Origin: Candidatus Omnitrophota bacterium
GTDB taxonomy: Bacteria; Omnitrophota; Gorgyraeia; Aquiviventales; Aquiviventaceae
Assembly (NCBI GenBank): GCA_023247255.1
Contig: JAHFGV010000009.1
Span: forward strand, 2,773-66,772
Length of the DNA: 64,000 nucleotides
Reading direction: 5' to 3'
The position numbers and the translations under genes are program-made. Below, one piece after another: positions 54,131-64,000 of the stretch. The notes under the pieces are model-generated. The model worked only from the letters and a program-made list of their open reading frames with translations. It searched no databases and was not told the DNA's origin. The number at the start of each line of letters is the position of its first letter. The first letter of the stretch is position 1.

Positions 54131-55844
54131 CGAACGGATCCTCAACATATGGCTGGTGAGTCTGGGGCTGCTGATGGGGTTGTGGATGCGCTGCTTCTGG
54201 ATTCAAGGGGTGGCTTCGCGTCGATACACAGCCGTGTTGAGCGCTCAACATCGCTTGCGCACTGTTCTGCCTGCTCAGCGGGGGACGATTTACGATCGTT
54301 CCGGAAGGCCCCTGGCCTTGAGTGTGCTTGCCCCTTCGGTGTTTGCCAACGCACGTCAGATTGTTGCCAAGCGTCAGACAGCTGAGCGGTTGGCTGCGAT
54401 TGTGCCCCGGGATGTTACAAGGATCCAGCGGCGACTGGAACGCGACAAGGGTTTTGTCTGGATTGCCCGTCAACTGGAGCCGGAAGTGGCCAGTCAGGTT
54501 TTAGATTTGAAGATGGTTGGTTTGGGCATGATGGAAGAGCCGAAACGACGCTATCCACACGGCCATCTGGCTGGACATGTTGTTGGGGTCGTGAATATTG
54601 ATGGGCGCGGGCTGGAAGGACTGGAGATGACCTTCAACAGTTTGCTCCACGGTCAGAATGGATGGCGCTCCACGCTACGAGATGCGAAAGGAAACATCCT
54701 GATAGGTCCATGGACCGCACAAAGTCCTCCGGTAAATGGGCTGGACATTGTATTAACCATTGACAGTGTGGTGCAACAATTGACCGAAGAAGCCCTGGCA
54801 TGGGGGGTGAAAACCTACCACGCCAAAGGCGGATCGGTTGTAGTGATGGATCCGTATACCGGCGCTATCTTCGCCATGGCCAACTGGCCGGTTTATGATC
54901 CGAACGAACCCGGCCGTTCTCTAGCCGAGCATCGACGCAATCGAGCGGTGACTGATCTGTTCGAGCCAGGGAGTATTTTCAAGATTGTTTCGGCAGCGGC
55001 CTTACTGGAAGAAGGCAAAGTCAGTCCAGAAGAAAACGTTTTCTGTGAGCAAGGGACGTACCGAACCGTGGCAGGGCATATTCTTCACGATCACAAACCG
55101 CATGGCATGCTCTCCTTCCATGATGTGATCAAATTCTCCTCCAATATCGGCGTGGCCAAGATGGCTCAGCGTCTTAGCCCAGAGGAACTCTACCGGTATA
55201 TCCGGATGTTTGGCTTTGGGCAGAAGACGGCGATAGATGTGCCCGGAGAGGTCAACGGAATCATCCAACCGCCCACTCGATGGTCAAAACTTTCTCCATT
55301 CATTATTCCCATCGGACAGGAAATCGCAGCCACGCCGATTCAACTGGCGGTCATGACTGCCGTCGTGGCCAATGGAGGGATGCGTGTGCGGCCGTATGTT
55401 GTGGAGCGTATTCAAAGTTCCGATGGCTCGGTGATACGTGTTCCATCCACGGAGCCTCCGGTACGTATTATCCGAGAGTCAACCGCCAAGATTTTGCAGG
55501 GAATGTTGTCCAGCGTCGTAGAGTCGGGCACCGGTCAACTGGCGAGCGTCGACGGCCTCCAAGTTGCCGGTAAAACCGGGACGGCTCAAAAACTTGAGCC
55601 GACCGGCAGCTACTCCCACAGCCGTTTCTTCGCTTCGTTTGTTGGCTTTGGGCCGGTGCCTGACTCTCGATTTGTAATCGTGGTTTCTATCGATGAACCC
55701 CGGCCACTCTATTTTGGAGGAGTGGTGGCAGCGCCGATCTTCAAGCGGATCGTGAACCCGTTAGCCGACTACTGGGACCTGCGGCAGGTTCCATCGGCTC
55801 CCACATTGACGCAACAATCTGATCCTGTCACACGAAAGACATAA
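54111..55844 (+). CDS. ftsI: peptidoglycan D,D-transpeptidase FtsI (PBP3)
   Basis: TM anchor, dimerisation domain, transpeptidase motifs SIFKIV (SxxK), SSN, KTGTA. Confidence 0.85.
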   Translation: MMARTTNERILNIWLVSLGLLMGLWMRCFWIQGVASRRYTAVLSAQHRLRTVLPAQRGTIYDRSGRPLALSVLAPSVFANARQIVAKRQTAERLAAIVPRDVTRIQRRLERDKGFVWIARQLEPEVASQVLDLKMVGLGMMEEPKRRYPHGHLAGHVVGVVNIDGRGLEGLEMTFNSLLHGQNGWRSTLRDAKGNILIGPWTAQSPPVNGLDIVLTIDSVVQQLTEEALAWGVKTYHAKGGSVVVMDPYTGAIFAMANWPVYDPNEPGRSLAEHRRNRAVTDLFEPGSIFKIVSAAALLEEGKVSPEENVFCEQGTYRTVAGHILHDHKPHGMLSFHDVIKFSSNIGVAKMAQRLSPEELYRYIRMFGFGQKTAIDVPGEVNGIIQPPTRWSKLSPFIIPIGQEIAATPIQLAVMTAVVANGGMRVRPYVVERIQSSDGSVIRVPSTEPPVRIIRESTAKILQGMLSSVVESGTGQLASVDGLQVAGKTGTAQKLEPTGSYSHSRFFASFVGFGPVPDSRFVIVVSIDEPRPLYFGGVVAAPIFKRIVNPLADYWDLRQVPSAPTLTQQSDPVTRKT

Positions 55845-55860
55845 CACGCGGATTTTCCTA

Positions 55861-57369
55861 ATGACGACGATGATGACCCTTCGAGAGTTGTTGTACGGCC
55901 TGACGGCGGAATCCATCGCCCCGGTGTCGATTACAGGGATCTGTTGCCATTCGAAGCAGGTGCGTCCGGGAGATTTGTTTATCGCCATTCGAGGGCCAAG
56001 AAGCGACGGACACGCTTTTATTGAAGAAGCCATTGCGCGAGGAGCCGCGGCTATCTTGGCGCAGTCTTTGCCGGCGATCTATCGATCGAGTGCAAGGATC
56101 GTTCCCCAACTGCGTGCCTGTCCTTGCGTCGTGGTTGCGGATACGCACAAAGCCCTATCGGTGATTGCTGCCCGGTTCTTTAGGCATCCGTCCCGCAAGC
56201 TGCGATTGGTGGGTGTCACCGGGACAAATGGTAAGACGACCACGACCTATCTGCTTAAAGCCATACTGGAATCTGCCGGGGCCCATGTGGGGTTGCTGGG
56301 GACAATCGTGTATCAAATCGGAGAACGCATGGTTCCTTCGACGAACACGACCCCGGGGCCGTTGGAGTTGCAGCGCTACATTGCGCAGATGGCATCCGAG
56401 GGGCTGGAGTGGTGCGTGATGGAAGTATCATCGCATGGCCTGGCGCAAGGGCGAATCGATGGTCTGGAGTTTGAGGCGGGAATCTTCACCAACCTAGGTT
56501 CGGATCATCTGGATTACCACAAGACCATCGAGGCCTACGCAGCAGCCAAACGGAGGCTCTTCGACTATTTAAGGCCTCATGGCCACGCCGTGGTCAATGG
56601 GGATGATTCCTATGGCCGTATCCTGGCACAGACGATTCCGCATGCGGTGATTACTTATGGTATGCAGCGTCCCGCAAGAGTCATGGCGCGCGAGATTTTT
56701 TGTTCATGGGAAGGGACCCGGCTTTTGTTGGAAAGTCCCTGGGCGGTCATTCCGATCACCACGCCGCTTTTGGGAAGACACAACGTGATGAATATCGCTG
56801 CTGCCGTCACCACCTTGCTGGCTCTGGGAATCGCCCCCGCAGCCATTCAGGATGCTTTGGCTTCCTTCGATCAAGTGCCGGGACGCTTTGAGCGTGTGTC
56901 GAACGATACAGGCGTCCATGTCGTGATCGATTACGCCCATACCGCAGAGGCCATGCGTCTGGTTCTTCTGTCGTTGCGGGAACTGACTCGTGGACGCTTG
57001 ATTGTCGTGTTTGGATGTGGCGGCGATCGCGATCAGGCTAAACGTCCGATGATGGGGAAGATCGCAAGCCTGTTGGCCGATGCGGTGGTCCTGACGTCCG
57101 ACAACCCTCGGGGTGAAGATCCGCTTGAGATCATCCGTCAGATTCGTTCAGGATTTGTTCCTGGTTTTTCTAATTTCCACGAAGTCTCGGATCGCGAGCA
57201 GGCCATTGCCACAGCCTTGGCGATGGCCCGGTCGAACGATACGGTATTGATTGCAGGCAAGGGGCATGAATCTTTTCAAATCTTTCACCATGTCTCGGTG
57301 CCCTTTCTGGATCGGGAAGTTGCTGAACGATGGGCTTGGTCTCGGCACAGCGTGGTTCTTTCCTCATGA
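55861..57369 (+). CDS. murE: UDP-N-acetylmuramoyl-L-alanyl-D-glutamate–2,6-diaminopimelate ligase
   Basis: Mur ligase P-loop VGVTGTNGKTTTTYL, DAP-type recognition region (DNPRGEDP). Confidence 0.85.
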   Translation: MTTMMTLRELLYGLTAESIAPVSITGICCHSKQVRPGDLFIAIRGPRSDGHAFIEEAIARGAAAILAQSLPAIYRSSARIVPQLRACPCVVVADTHKALSVIAARFFRHPSRKLRLVGVTGTNGKTTTTYLLKAILESAGAHVGLLGTIVYQIGERMVPSTNTTPGPLELQRYIAQMASEGLEWCVMEVSSHGLAQGRIDGLEFEAGIFTNLGSDHLDYHKTIEAYAAAKRRLFDYLRPHGHAVVNGDDSYGRILAQTIPHAVITYGMQRPARVMAREIFCSWEGTRLLLESPWAVIPITTPLLGRHNVMNIAAAVTTLLALGIAPAAIQDALASFDQVPGRFERVSNDTGVHVVIDYAHTAEAMRLVLLSLRELTRGRLIVVFGCGGDRDQAKRPMMGKIASLLADAVVLTSDNPRGEDPLEIIRQIRSGFVPGFSNFHEVSDREQAIATALAMARSNDTVLIAGKGHESFQIFHHVSVPFLDREVAERWAWSRHSVVLSS

Positions 57370-57486
57370 GACCGACAGGACATTGTGAATGGGGGATTGT
57401 AGATCTCGGATTTCGGATTGAAAGACGCAATCGATTTGCAATCGAGAATTCGAATCCGCGGTATCGTCGGTTTTGAAACGGGATCG

Positions 57487-58893
57487 ATGATGTGGACGGT
57501 GACGCAGCTTCTTGAAGCGACTCAGGGAGAGCTGATACAGGGCGGCTGCAATGATTCCATTGCCGGTATCGCGATCGATTCCCGACGCCTCGTCGCCGGG
57601 GAAGCCTTCGTGGCGATTCAGGGCCGCCGCTTGGATGGGCATGATTTTATCAAAGAGGCCGTCCAACAAGGGGCTTCTTGCCTTCTGGTTTCCGAGAGCT
57701 CGGTGTTGCAGAAGCATTCGTTGAACGGTATGCCGGCCATCCGGGTTGCCGACACGACTCAAGCATTGGGCGAATTAGCCCGGTATCATCGTCGGCGAAT
57801 TGGATTGTCCGTAGTGGCGGTGACCGGTTCTTGTGGAAAGACAACGACGAAAGATCTCATTGCGCATCTGTTAGGGGCGTTTGGTTCTGTGCTTAAGACC
57901 GAAGGCAATCAAAACAACCACATCGGAGTTCCACTGAGTTTGCTGCGGATCAGGCCGGATCATCAAGTGGCGGTGGTGGAGGTGGGAAGCAATCATCCGG
58001 GGGAGATCGCGTACTTGGCTTCTATCGTGCAGCCGGACGTCGCGGTGATCACCAATATCGGGCCAGCGCACCTTGAGTTTTTCGGATCATTGACAGAAGT
58101 GCTTCGAGAGAAGCTTTCCCTTTTAGAGGCTTTGCAGCCAGAGGGAACGGCTGTGATTCCTGGGGATCAGTTGGAAGTATGCCTGGAAGCATCGCGGCGA
58201 CTTCACCCGAGGGTTCGATTCGCCAGTTTCGGGACCAGTGATCGTTGCGACCTTCAGGCGATGGATATTCAACGGACCGCGGATGGGATGAGCTTGCATC
58301 TGAGGGATCATCTCGGTCAGTGGACGATTCCGTTGGTGGGTTACCACAATGTGGAGAACGCTTTGGCGGCCTTAGCCTGTGTGTGGGCTTTGGGATTTTC
58401 TTTGTCATCGGCAAAAGAAACCTTGAGGTCTTTTAGCAGCCTCCCGCTTCGTTCACAAGTCTTAAGGGGTAATGGCTTGACCATCCTCAATGACTGTTAC
58501 AACGCCAATCCGCTTTCATGCGCCCGGGCGCTGGAAACGCTCAAGGACATGCCTGTTCACCGACGATTGGCGATTCTGGGCGATATGCTGGAACTGGGGG
58601 ATTATGCTCCCTTGGCGCATCAGGCGATTGGACGGCTGGCTGCTCAAACCGGAGTGGAAATGGTGATGGCAGTCGGACAATATGCGGATTGCGTGGCTCG
58701 TGGGGTTGAGGAAGCGCAATCCAGTTGTGTGATGACCTATCGGACAGTGCAAGAGCTGATGGTAAACCTTCGAGACATTGTGCAGCCCGGGGATGGTGTT
58801 TTGGTGAAGGGATCTCGGCGACTCAACCTGGAACAAGTCACGGAATTTTTACTCCACCGTCGCGACCATGAGGATGGGACTGCTGCTGTCTGA
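57487..58893 (+). CDS. murF: UDP-N-acetylmuramoyl-tripeptide–D-alanyl-D-alanine ligase
   Basis: VAVTGSCGKTTTKD P-loop; start moved to MMWTVTQLLEA (the track start 57418 adds 23 non-conserved residues). Confidence 0.85.
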   Translation: MMWTVTQLLEATQGELIQGGCNDSIAGIAIDSRRLVAGEAFVAIQGRRLDGHDFIKEAVQQGASCLLVSESSVLQKHSLNGMPAIRVADTTQALGELARYHRRRIGLSVVAVTGSCGKTTTKDLIAHLLGAFGSVLKTEGNQNNHIGVPLSLLRIRPDHQVAVVEVGSNHPGEIAYLASIVQPDVAVITNIGPAHLEFFGSLTEVLREKLSLLEALQPEGTAVIPGDQLEVCLEASRRLHPRVRFASFGTSDRCDLQAMDIQRTADGMSLHLRDHLGQWTIPLVGYHNVENALAALACVWALGFSLSSAKETLRSFSSLPLRSQVLRGNGLTILNDCYNANPLSCARALETLKDMPVHRRLAILGDMLELGDYAPLAHQAIGRLAAQTGVEMVMAVGQYADCVARGVEEAQSSCVMTYRTVQELMVNLRDIVQPGDGVLVKGSRRLNLEQVTEFLLHRRDHEDGTAAV

Positions 58894-59869
58894 GGCGGCG
58901 GTCGTTTTTTTGATCAGCGCCAGCTTATGTATGTTAGTCGGACGTGTGGCCGTTAGGCTACTCAGTCGCACTCAGTGCATGCAACCGGATCGGTACGAAG
59001 ATTGCGCCCCCCTGCTCGCCTACCAACAGACCAAGCCCCGAGTTCCAACTATGGGAGGGGTGTTTGTTTTGGGTGTGGGCATTCTGGTGGCCATCACCGC
59101 TGGAGCCTTAGAGCATTCCAGTGGTTGGGGGATATTAGGGTCCATCCTTGGTCTGGCCGCAGTTGGGTTTTGGGATGATTGGCTGAAATGTCGTTCCCGG
59201 AAAGGTACTGGCCTAGGCGCATTTCCTAAGCTCCTGATCGCTTTGGGCATTGGAGGGTTTTTAGCAGTCGCGATGGGTTCGGGTCGTGTTGTTCAAGGGG
59301 GCTTCAGCAAGCTGGAGATCCCTGTGATTAATCAGAGTATAGAATTGGGATGGCTGTCTATTCCCTTTGCCATGTGCGTGATGGCGGGCTGTGCGCATGC
59401 CGTAAACCTTACCGATGGGATGGATGGTTTGGCCGCCGGCTGCATGGCTATCGCTTTCTCGGCATTTGGACTGTTGCTCCTGCGCGATCCTTCTCAGGGT
59501 CCAGCGATGGTGTTTTGGTGTGTCAGTCTAGCAGGAGCGTGCGTAGGGTTTTTGTGGTTCAACGGGTTTCCTGGGTCTGTTTTTCTTGGAGATGTTGGGG
59601 CCCTCGGGCTGGGGGCAGCTCTGGCGGCGCTTAGCCTGTTGAGCCACAAGGCTCTGTGGTTGCTTGTGATTGGAGGCGTGTTTGTTCTAGAGGCGCTATC
59701 GGTGATGCTGCAGGTGGCGTCGTACAAATGGCGCGGTAAGCGACGGATCTTTCGAGTCGCTCCCTTACATCACCATTTTCATTTGGGTGGCTTGAGCGAG
59801 CCCAAGGTGGTCATGCGTTTCTGGATCATGGGGCTGCTTTTGGCGGCGGCGGGTTTGGTGGTGGGATGA
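58868..59869 (+). CDS. mraY: phospho-N-acetylmuramoyl-pentapeptide transferase
   Basis: 10-TM protein; NAVNLTDGMDGLA and VFLGDVGALGLG MraY motifs. Confidence 0.85.
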   Translation: MRMGLLLSEAAVVFLISASLCMLVGRVAVRLLSRTQCMQPDRYEDCAPLLAYQQTKPRVPTMGGVFVLGVGILVAITAGALEHSSGWGILGSILGLAAVGFWDDWLKCRSRKGTGLGAFPKLLIALGIGGFLAVAMGSGRVVQGGFSKLEIPVINQSIELGWLSIPFAMCVMAGCAHAVNLTDGMDGLAAGCMAIAFSAFGLLLLRDPSQGPAMVFWCVSLAGACVGFLWFNGFPGSVFLGDVGALGLGAALAALSLLSHKALWLLVIGGVFVLEALSVMLQVASYKWRGKRRIFRVAPLHHHFHLGGLSEPKVVMRFWIMGLLLAAAGLVVG

Positions 59870-61302
59870 CGGTTGCTGTTGCGCTCTCAGGATCGGTCCA
59901 TACGCTGGAGGGTTGGGCGTCTCAGAAATCTGTGTCTGATGTGTTTGGAGATAGCTGGGCCGGACGTCGAGTCACCGTCTTGGGGTTGGCCAGAAGTGGC
60001 GTTGCTGCGGCTGAGTTGCTTTGTCGAATCGGTTGTCGGGTGGGGCTTTCGGAGCTTCGGGATACGCCGGCCACACGCTCGGCGCAGGCGATACTGCGAG
60101 AACGAGGCATAGAGGTTGTAGAACTCGGGGGGCACTCTCGAGAGCTCATTACCGCATCGGATCTCGTGGTGGTCAGCCCTGGGATTTCGGAGACTGCCGA
60201 GCCTGTTGTGTGGGCCCGTGAGCTGGGATTGCCGGTCTTAAGCGAGATTGAGCTGGCCTTTCATTTCTGTCCGGTACCAGTCGTCGCTGTCACCGGCACT
60301 AACGGAAAGAGTACCGTGGTGACGCTCATTGCCGAAGTTCTGCGCAGTTGTGGCAGGCAAGCGATCGCCTGCGGCAACTTAGGCCTTCCTTTTTCAGCCG
60401 TGATCGGACGATTCGGTCCCAAGGGTATTGCAGTGGTAGAGGTTAGTTCTTTTCAGCTTCTTCATTGTGAGCGCTTTCGACCCCGTATTGGAGTCCTGTT
60501 AAATCTGGGTACCAACCACCTTGACCGCCATCCGAATTGGCAAACCTATTGTGAAGCCAAACGGCGGCTGTTCCAAGCGCAAACCCAAAAGGATTGGGCG
60601 GTGCTCAACGGGACCGATACCTCGGTCGTGGCGTTGGGTGAGGGACTGCTCGCTCAGCGCGTGTGGTTCGGTCAGAATCGGTCCAATGGCCCCGATTGGT
60701 TTCTGAGTCCCAAGACCCAGGCCAGTTTATCTGAGACGGCACAGGCGGTCCTTCAGGTGGCGCGGATTCTCGATATCCCGGATCCGTTGACCTGGCAGGT
60801 GATTCGTTCGTTTCGGGGATTGGAACATCGATTGGAGCCTGTGGCGACGATCCGCGGGATTCGATTCATCAACGATTCTAAATCGACCACACCGGAAAGC
60901 CTGCTGTATGCCTTGAAACGTCTTTCCGGGGAACTGGTGTTGATCATCGGAGGAAGGGACAAGGGTTTAAACTTCCAGCCGTTGATTGCCGCGCTTAAAG
61001 AGCCGCGCATCAAGGGACTGGTGTTGATCGGAGAATCCCGTCGCAGACTTCGTCAGTTACTGGATGAGGCTCTCCTCGCTGAGTTTGTCTCTCATGGTCG
61101 ATCCGTTGGCGCATCCTCTCGTTCTGTTTGGCAAGTGCGCGAATGCGACTCGTTGGAACAGGCCCTTGAGGCTGCGATTTCTCTGGCTCATCCGGGGACC
61201 ACGGTGCTGTTTTCTCCCGCGTGCGCCAGCTTTGACATGTTCCAGGATTTCGAACAACGAGGCCAGCGTTTCAAGGCAATCGTGCAGAAGCTGGTGTCAT
61301 GA
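59866..61302 (+). CDS. murD: UDP-N-acetylmuramoylalanine–D-glutamate ligase
   Basis: VVAVTGTNGKSTV P-loop, N-terminal Rossmann VTVLGLARSG. Confidence 0.85.
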   Translation: MTVAVALSGSVHTLEGWASQKSVSDVFGDSWAGRRVTVLGLARSGVAAAELLCRIGCRVGLSELRDTPATRSAQAILRERGIEVVELGGHSRELITASDLVVVSPGISETAEPVVWARELGLPVLSEIELAFHFCPVPVVAVTGTNGKSTVVTLIAEVLRSCGRQAIACGNLGLPFSAVIGRFGPKGIAVVEVSSFQLLHCERFRPRIGVLLNLGTNHLDRHPNWQTYCEAKRRLFQAQTQKDWAVLNGTDTSVVALGEGLLAQRVWFGQNRSNGPDWFLSPKTQASLSETAQAVLQVARILDIPDPLTWQVIRSFRGLEHRLEPVATIRGIRFINDSKSTTPESLLYALKRLSGELVLIIGGRDKGLNFQPLIAALKEPRIKGLVLIGESRRRLRQLLDEALLAEFVSHGRSVGASSRSVWQVRECDSLEQALEAAISLAHPGTTVLFSPACASFDMFQDFEQRGQRFKAIVQKLVS

Positions 61303-61450
61303 AAGACTGTTTCATGTTTCATGTGTCATGAGTCATGGAAAGCAAAAGGCGTACTTTGGCCGTGCTTGAGATGCCTGTTTATTTTCTGCTTTTTTCATGA
61401 CACATGAACCATGACACAGCCCTTATTACTTCTCTTGGAACATGACACAA
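61297..61450. repeat. MITE-like hairpin repeat, copy 2 (inverted relative to copy 1), occupying the whole murD–ftsW spacer
   Basis: 61338-61396 equals reverse complement of 7501-7560 with 1-2 mismatches; flanking TGTGTCATG/CATGACACA arrays; murD stop lies in the first unit. Confidence 0.55.
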
Positions 61451-61457
61451 CACTGAT

Positions 61458-62573
61458 ATGACCCCACGACAGTTGCGCCGGATTTTTCTGATGATCGTCT
61501 TTACCCTCCTCGGGCTAGGGATCATCGAGGTCTATTCCGCAACGTCCTTGATGTCCCACATGGCGTATGGAGATAGCTTGTGGTTTGTCAAACGTCATCT
61601 TGCGGCGATTGTGGTGGGATTGAGTCTGGGATTGGGATGTCTGATGGTTCCTTATCCTGCAGTGCGCGGCCAGGCTCGTTGGCTATTTTTGATTAGCCTT
61701 GTGCTTTTGTTTTTAGCTTTCGTGTGGGGGCAAGAGATCGGTGGTGCAAGACGCTGGCTGCGCCTGGGACGGTTGAGCTTTCAACCCTCTGAGTTTGCAC
61801 AATTGTCCGTAGTGATCTACTTGGCGGATCTGCTTGCGCGGACCCGGGGAAAGATTCGACAGGGTTGGCAGGGGCTTTGGGCTCCCCTTTTGGTGAGCGG
61901 CCTTGTGGCTGGCGTTATTCTTCTGCAACCGGATTTGGGAACAGCGGTGGCCATCGGATCGATTGCCTTGCTGTTGTTGTGGATGGCAAAGGCTCGCTGG
62001 TCAGACCTGGTGTGTGTCAGCGTCATCGCTTTAGTGGCTGTTGGAATACTCATAGCCGGCGAGGAATACCGGCGAAGGAGAATCTTTGCGTTTCTTGATC
62101 CTTGGAAAGATCCGCAGGGCAGTGGCTACCAGATCTTGCAATCTTATTTCGCGCTAGCCTCGGGAGGGTGGTTGGGACAAGGCCTGGGGGGATCGTCGCA
62201 GAAGCTTTTTTATCTGCCCAGCGCGCATACGGATTTTATCTTCGCCATGGTTGGGGAGGAGCTGGGATGGCTGGGCACGACTGCTGTTTTGGCACTGCTG
62301 GCTTTGTTGTTGAGTTGCGGATTTCGAATCGCCTTGTCGCTCCAGAATTGGTTTAGCAAATATCTCGTGTGCGGATTGGTGGGGATGATGGGGCTTGAGG
62401 CGATGATCAACATCGCTGTGGTTACCGGCTTGATGCCCACCAAAGGTCTACCCCTGCCCCTGGTTTCCTATGGCGGCAGTGCCATGGTGGTCAATCTCAT
62501 CGCTTGTGCGCTCATCCTGCACGCTAGTCGTCATGATCAACGATACACGCTTGAAAGTGCTCTTGGTCGCTGA
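61458..62573 (+). CDS. ftsW: peptidoglycan glycosyltransferase/lipid II flippase FtsW (SEDS family)
   Basis: 10-TM SEDS protein; HTDFIFAMVGEELG and PTKGLPLPLVSYGGS motifs. Confidence 0.85.
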   Translation: MTPRQLRRIFLMIVFTLLGLGIIEVYSATSLMSHMAYGDSLWFVKRHLAAIVVGLSLGLGCLMVPYPAVRGQARWLFLISLVLLFLAFVWGQEIGGARRWLRLGRLSFQPSEFAQLSVVIYLADLLARTRGKIRQGWQGLWAPLLVSGLVAGVILLQPDLGTAVAIGSIALLLLWMAKARWSDLVCVSVIALVAVGILIAGEEYRRRRIFAFLDPWKDPQGSGYQILQSYFALASGGWLGQGLGGSSQKLFYLPSAHTDFIFAMVGEELGWLGTTAVLALLALLLSCGFRIALSLQNWFSKYLVCGLVGMMGLEAMINIAVVTGLMPTKGLPLPLVSYGGSAMVVNLIACALILHASRHDQRYTLESALGR

Positions 62574-63714
62574 AGGAAGCGGCGGACATCTGATTCCCGC
62601 CTTGGAGGTGGCCCAGCGATTGGCCAACCAAGGGGTTCTAGCCAAGGTGTGGTATGCCCAGCGTCCGCGCAGTGCGCGATTGCTCCAAGCCTTGTCCCAA
62701 CAAATGCTCAGCGATCGTTTGTCGGTTGAGGCGATTCCCCTACCGAGTTCTTCCCATGTATTGAATCGAGTCAAAGCCTGTGGTGATCTCTGGCTGCGGA
62801 CGCATCAGTGTTTCAAAGCTTTTGGCCCACATATCATTGTGGGTTTTGGCGGATGGATCTGTGCACCAGTGATGCTGGCGGCACGTCTTGCCTATCCGCA
62901 TATCCAGTGGCATCAGGCAAAGGACGCGAGTTATCCCGAGGGGTTTCCGAATCGCGTTCGCACGATGGTGCATGAGCAAAACGTCGTCATGGGACGGGCC
63001 AATCGACTCTTAGCCTACTGGGTCAACCGGGTGGCTCTTTCATTTGAGAAAGCCCAAACGTTCAAAAATCCTCCATCTTGGGTGAGGACAGGAATGCCGA
63101 TCCGCTCAGGGATTGGAAGGATGCGTCAATCGACAGACGCCGCACGATTTGGGTTCAGTCCCGAGAAACCCACGGTACTTGTTTTGGGAGGCAGCCAGGG
63201 ATCGCGTGCCCTCAACCGATTAGTGAGCCAAGGGCTATCCCTTTGCTCGGAGCAAGAACGACGCCAGTGGCAATTTCTTCATGTTACAGGGATGGAGGAT
63301 GAACCGGACGTTCGTGAACTTTACTCCTCGGCTGGCATCCAGGCGTGGGTATCGCCTTTTCTGGTGGATATGGAAAGCGCCTATGCACAGGCGGATGTGG
63401 TCATCGCCCGGGCGGGTGCTTCCACCCTTGCAGAGTTAGCGAGTTGTGGCCGGCCGGCCGTACTGATCCCTTATCCTTATGCCCGGGCGCATCAGCATGC
63501 CAATGCGCGTCTGGCGGAATCGGTCGGAGGGGCGTTCGTCGTGGAAGAGCACGAGGCTACCGCCTCCAGACGCCTGCTCGAGGCCATTCGGTGGTTATTG
63601 CATGATCCACAGTTACGAACCTGCATGGGCCAGAACATGCAACGCCTGGCCGTGACGGATGCCACGCAGCGGTTAGCAGATCTTATCGTGGAGACGGCGA
63701 TCCTATCACAATGA
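62533..63714 (+). CDS. murG: UDP-N-acetylglucosamine–N-acetylmuramyl-(pentapeptide) pyrophosphoryl-undecaprenol N-acetylglucosamine transferase
   Basis: LKVLLVAEGSGGHLIPALEVA N-terminal G-loop; start set at MINDTR (the track start 62470 overlaps ftsW by 100 nt). Confidence 0.85.
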   Translation: MINDTRLKVLLVAEGSGGHLIPALEVAQRLANQGVLAKVWYAQRPRSARLLQALSQQMLSDRLSVEAIPLPSSSHVLNRVKACGDLWLRTHQCFKAFGPHIIVGFGGWICAPVMLAARLAYPHIQWHQAKDASYPEGFPNRVRTMVHEQNVVMGRANRLLAYWVNRVALSFEKAQTFKNPPSWVRTGMPIRSGIGRMRQSTDAARFGFSPEKPTVLVLGGSQGSRALNRLVSQGLSLCSEQERRQWQFLHVTGMEDEPDVRELYSSAGIQAWVSPFLVDMESAYAQADVVIARAGASTLAELASCGRPAVLIPYPYARAHQHANARLAESVGGAFVVEEHEATASRRLLEAIRWLLHDPQLRTCMGQNMQRLAVTDATQRLADLIVETAILSQ

Positions 63715-63755
63715 TAATCAGAGACATTGTCGATTGACGATTTTCGATTTTGAAA

Positions 63756-64000
63756 ATGTCCAGGGATAGCACAGTGATCATTGAGCCGGGTATGCGTTTG
63801 CATTTTATGGGCGTCGGAGGCATCGGGATGAGCGGCCTGGCGCAGTTGTGTAAGAATACAGGCTGTGTGGTTTCCGGATGCGACGTAAAGGCTAACGCTT
63901 TGAGTCACCGTTTGCATGAGCAGGGCGTTCGGATCTGGGAAGGCCACGACGCCTCCCATCTCAAGGAAACCCCAGACGTTGTTATCTACAGCTCGGCTGT
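63756..64000 (+). CDS. murC: UDP-N-acetylmuramate–L-alanine ligase, N-terminal fragment (truncated by window end)
   Basis: My translation MSRDSTVIIEPGMRLHFMGVGGIGMSGLAQL...VVIYSSA matches MurC N-terminus (hIHFIGIGGIGMSG); absent from the ORF track because there is no stop inside the window. Confidence 0.6.
   Translation, partial: MSRDSTVIIEPGMRLHFMGVGGIGMSGLAQLCKNTGCVVSGCDVKANALSHRLHEQGVRIWEGHDASHLKETPDVVIYSSA

Noticed and set aside
57370-57486. TTCGAATCC (tRNA T-loop-like) string in the murE–murF spacer
   Set aside because: Flanking bases cannot form a T-stem or an acceptor stem, so no cloverleaf is possible and it is not a tRNA.

Overview
GC-rich (~57%) bacterial chromosomal segment with four parts. 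(i) 1–2.9 kb: minus-strand genes for an integral membrane protein that runs off the window (HTTM-like) and three hypothetical proteins, one apparently interrupted by an in-frame TGA. (ii) About 3.4–50.7 kb: one very large exopolysaccharide island of the exosortase (XrtA)/PEP-CTERM type. It encodes a Wza-like exporter, a Wzz-like chain-length determinant, an ExeA-like ATPase, a BY-tyrosine kinase, a Wzm/Wzt ABC exporter whose Wzt carries a C-terminal extension, an AsnB-like/WbuX-like amidotransferase trio, a pyruvyl transferase, several GT2/GT4 glycosyltransferases including a tandem GT4-GT4 and a GT2-GT4 fusion, a 950-aa deacetylase–FemAB-like–ATP-grasp fusion, a Wzy/O-antigen-ligase-like protein, a priming sugar transferase, four PEP-CTERM substrate genes, exosortase, EpsI, a TPR lipoprotein, a PAS histidine kinase, a sigma-54-dependent response regulator and a GAF protein. 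(iii) rpoN on the reverse strand, divergent from mraZ. (iv) 52.4–64 kb: the conserved dcw cell-wall/cell-division cluster mraZ-rsmH-ftsL-ftsI-murE-murF-mraY-murD-ftsW-murG-murC, with murC truncated by the window end. Small repeats are layered over this: two four-helix-bundle gene copies each sitting inside inverted-repeat hairpin elements (one is a pseudogene disrupted by a nested MITE), a second inverted copy of that MITE in the murD–ftsW spacer, an in-frame 75-bp hairpin insertion inside a glycosyltransferase gene, and several intergenic repeat/motif families. No rRNA, tRNA or CRISPR was seen.
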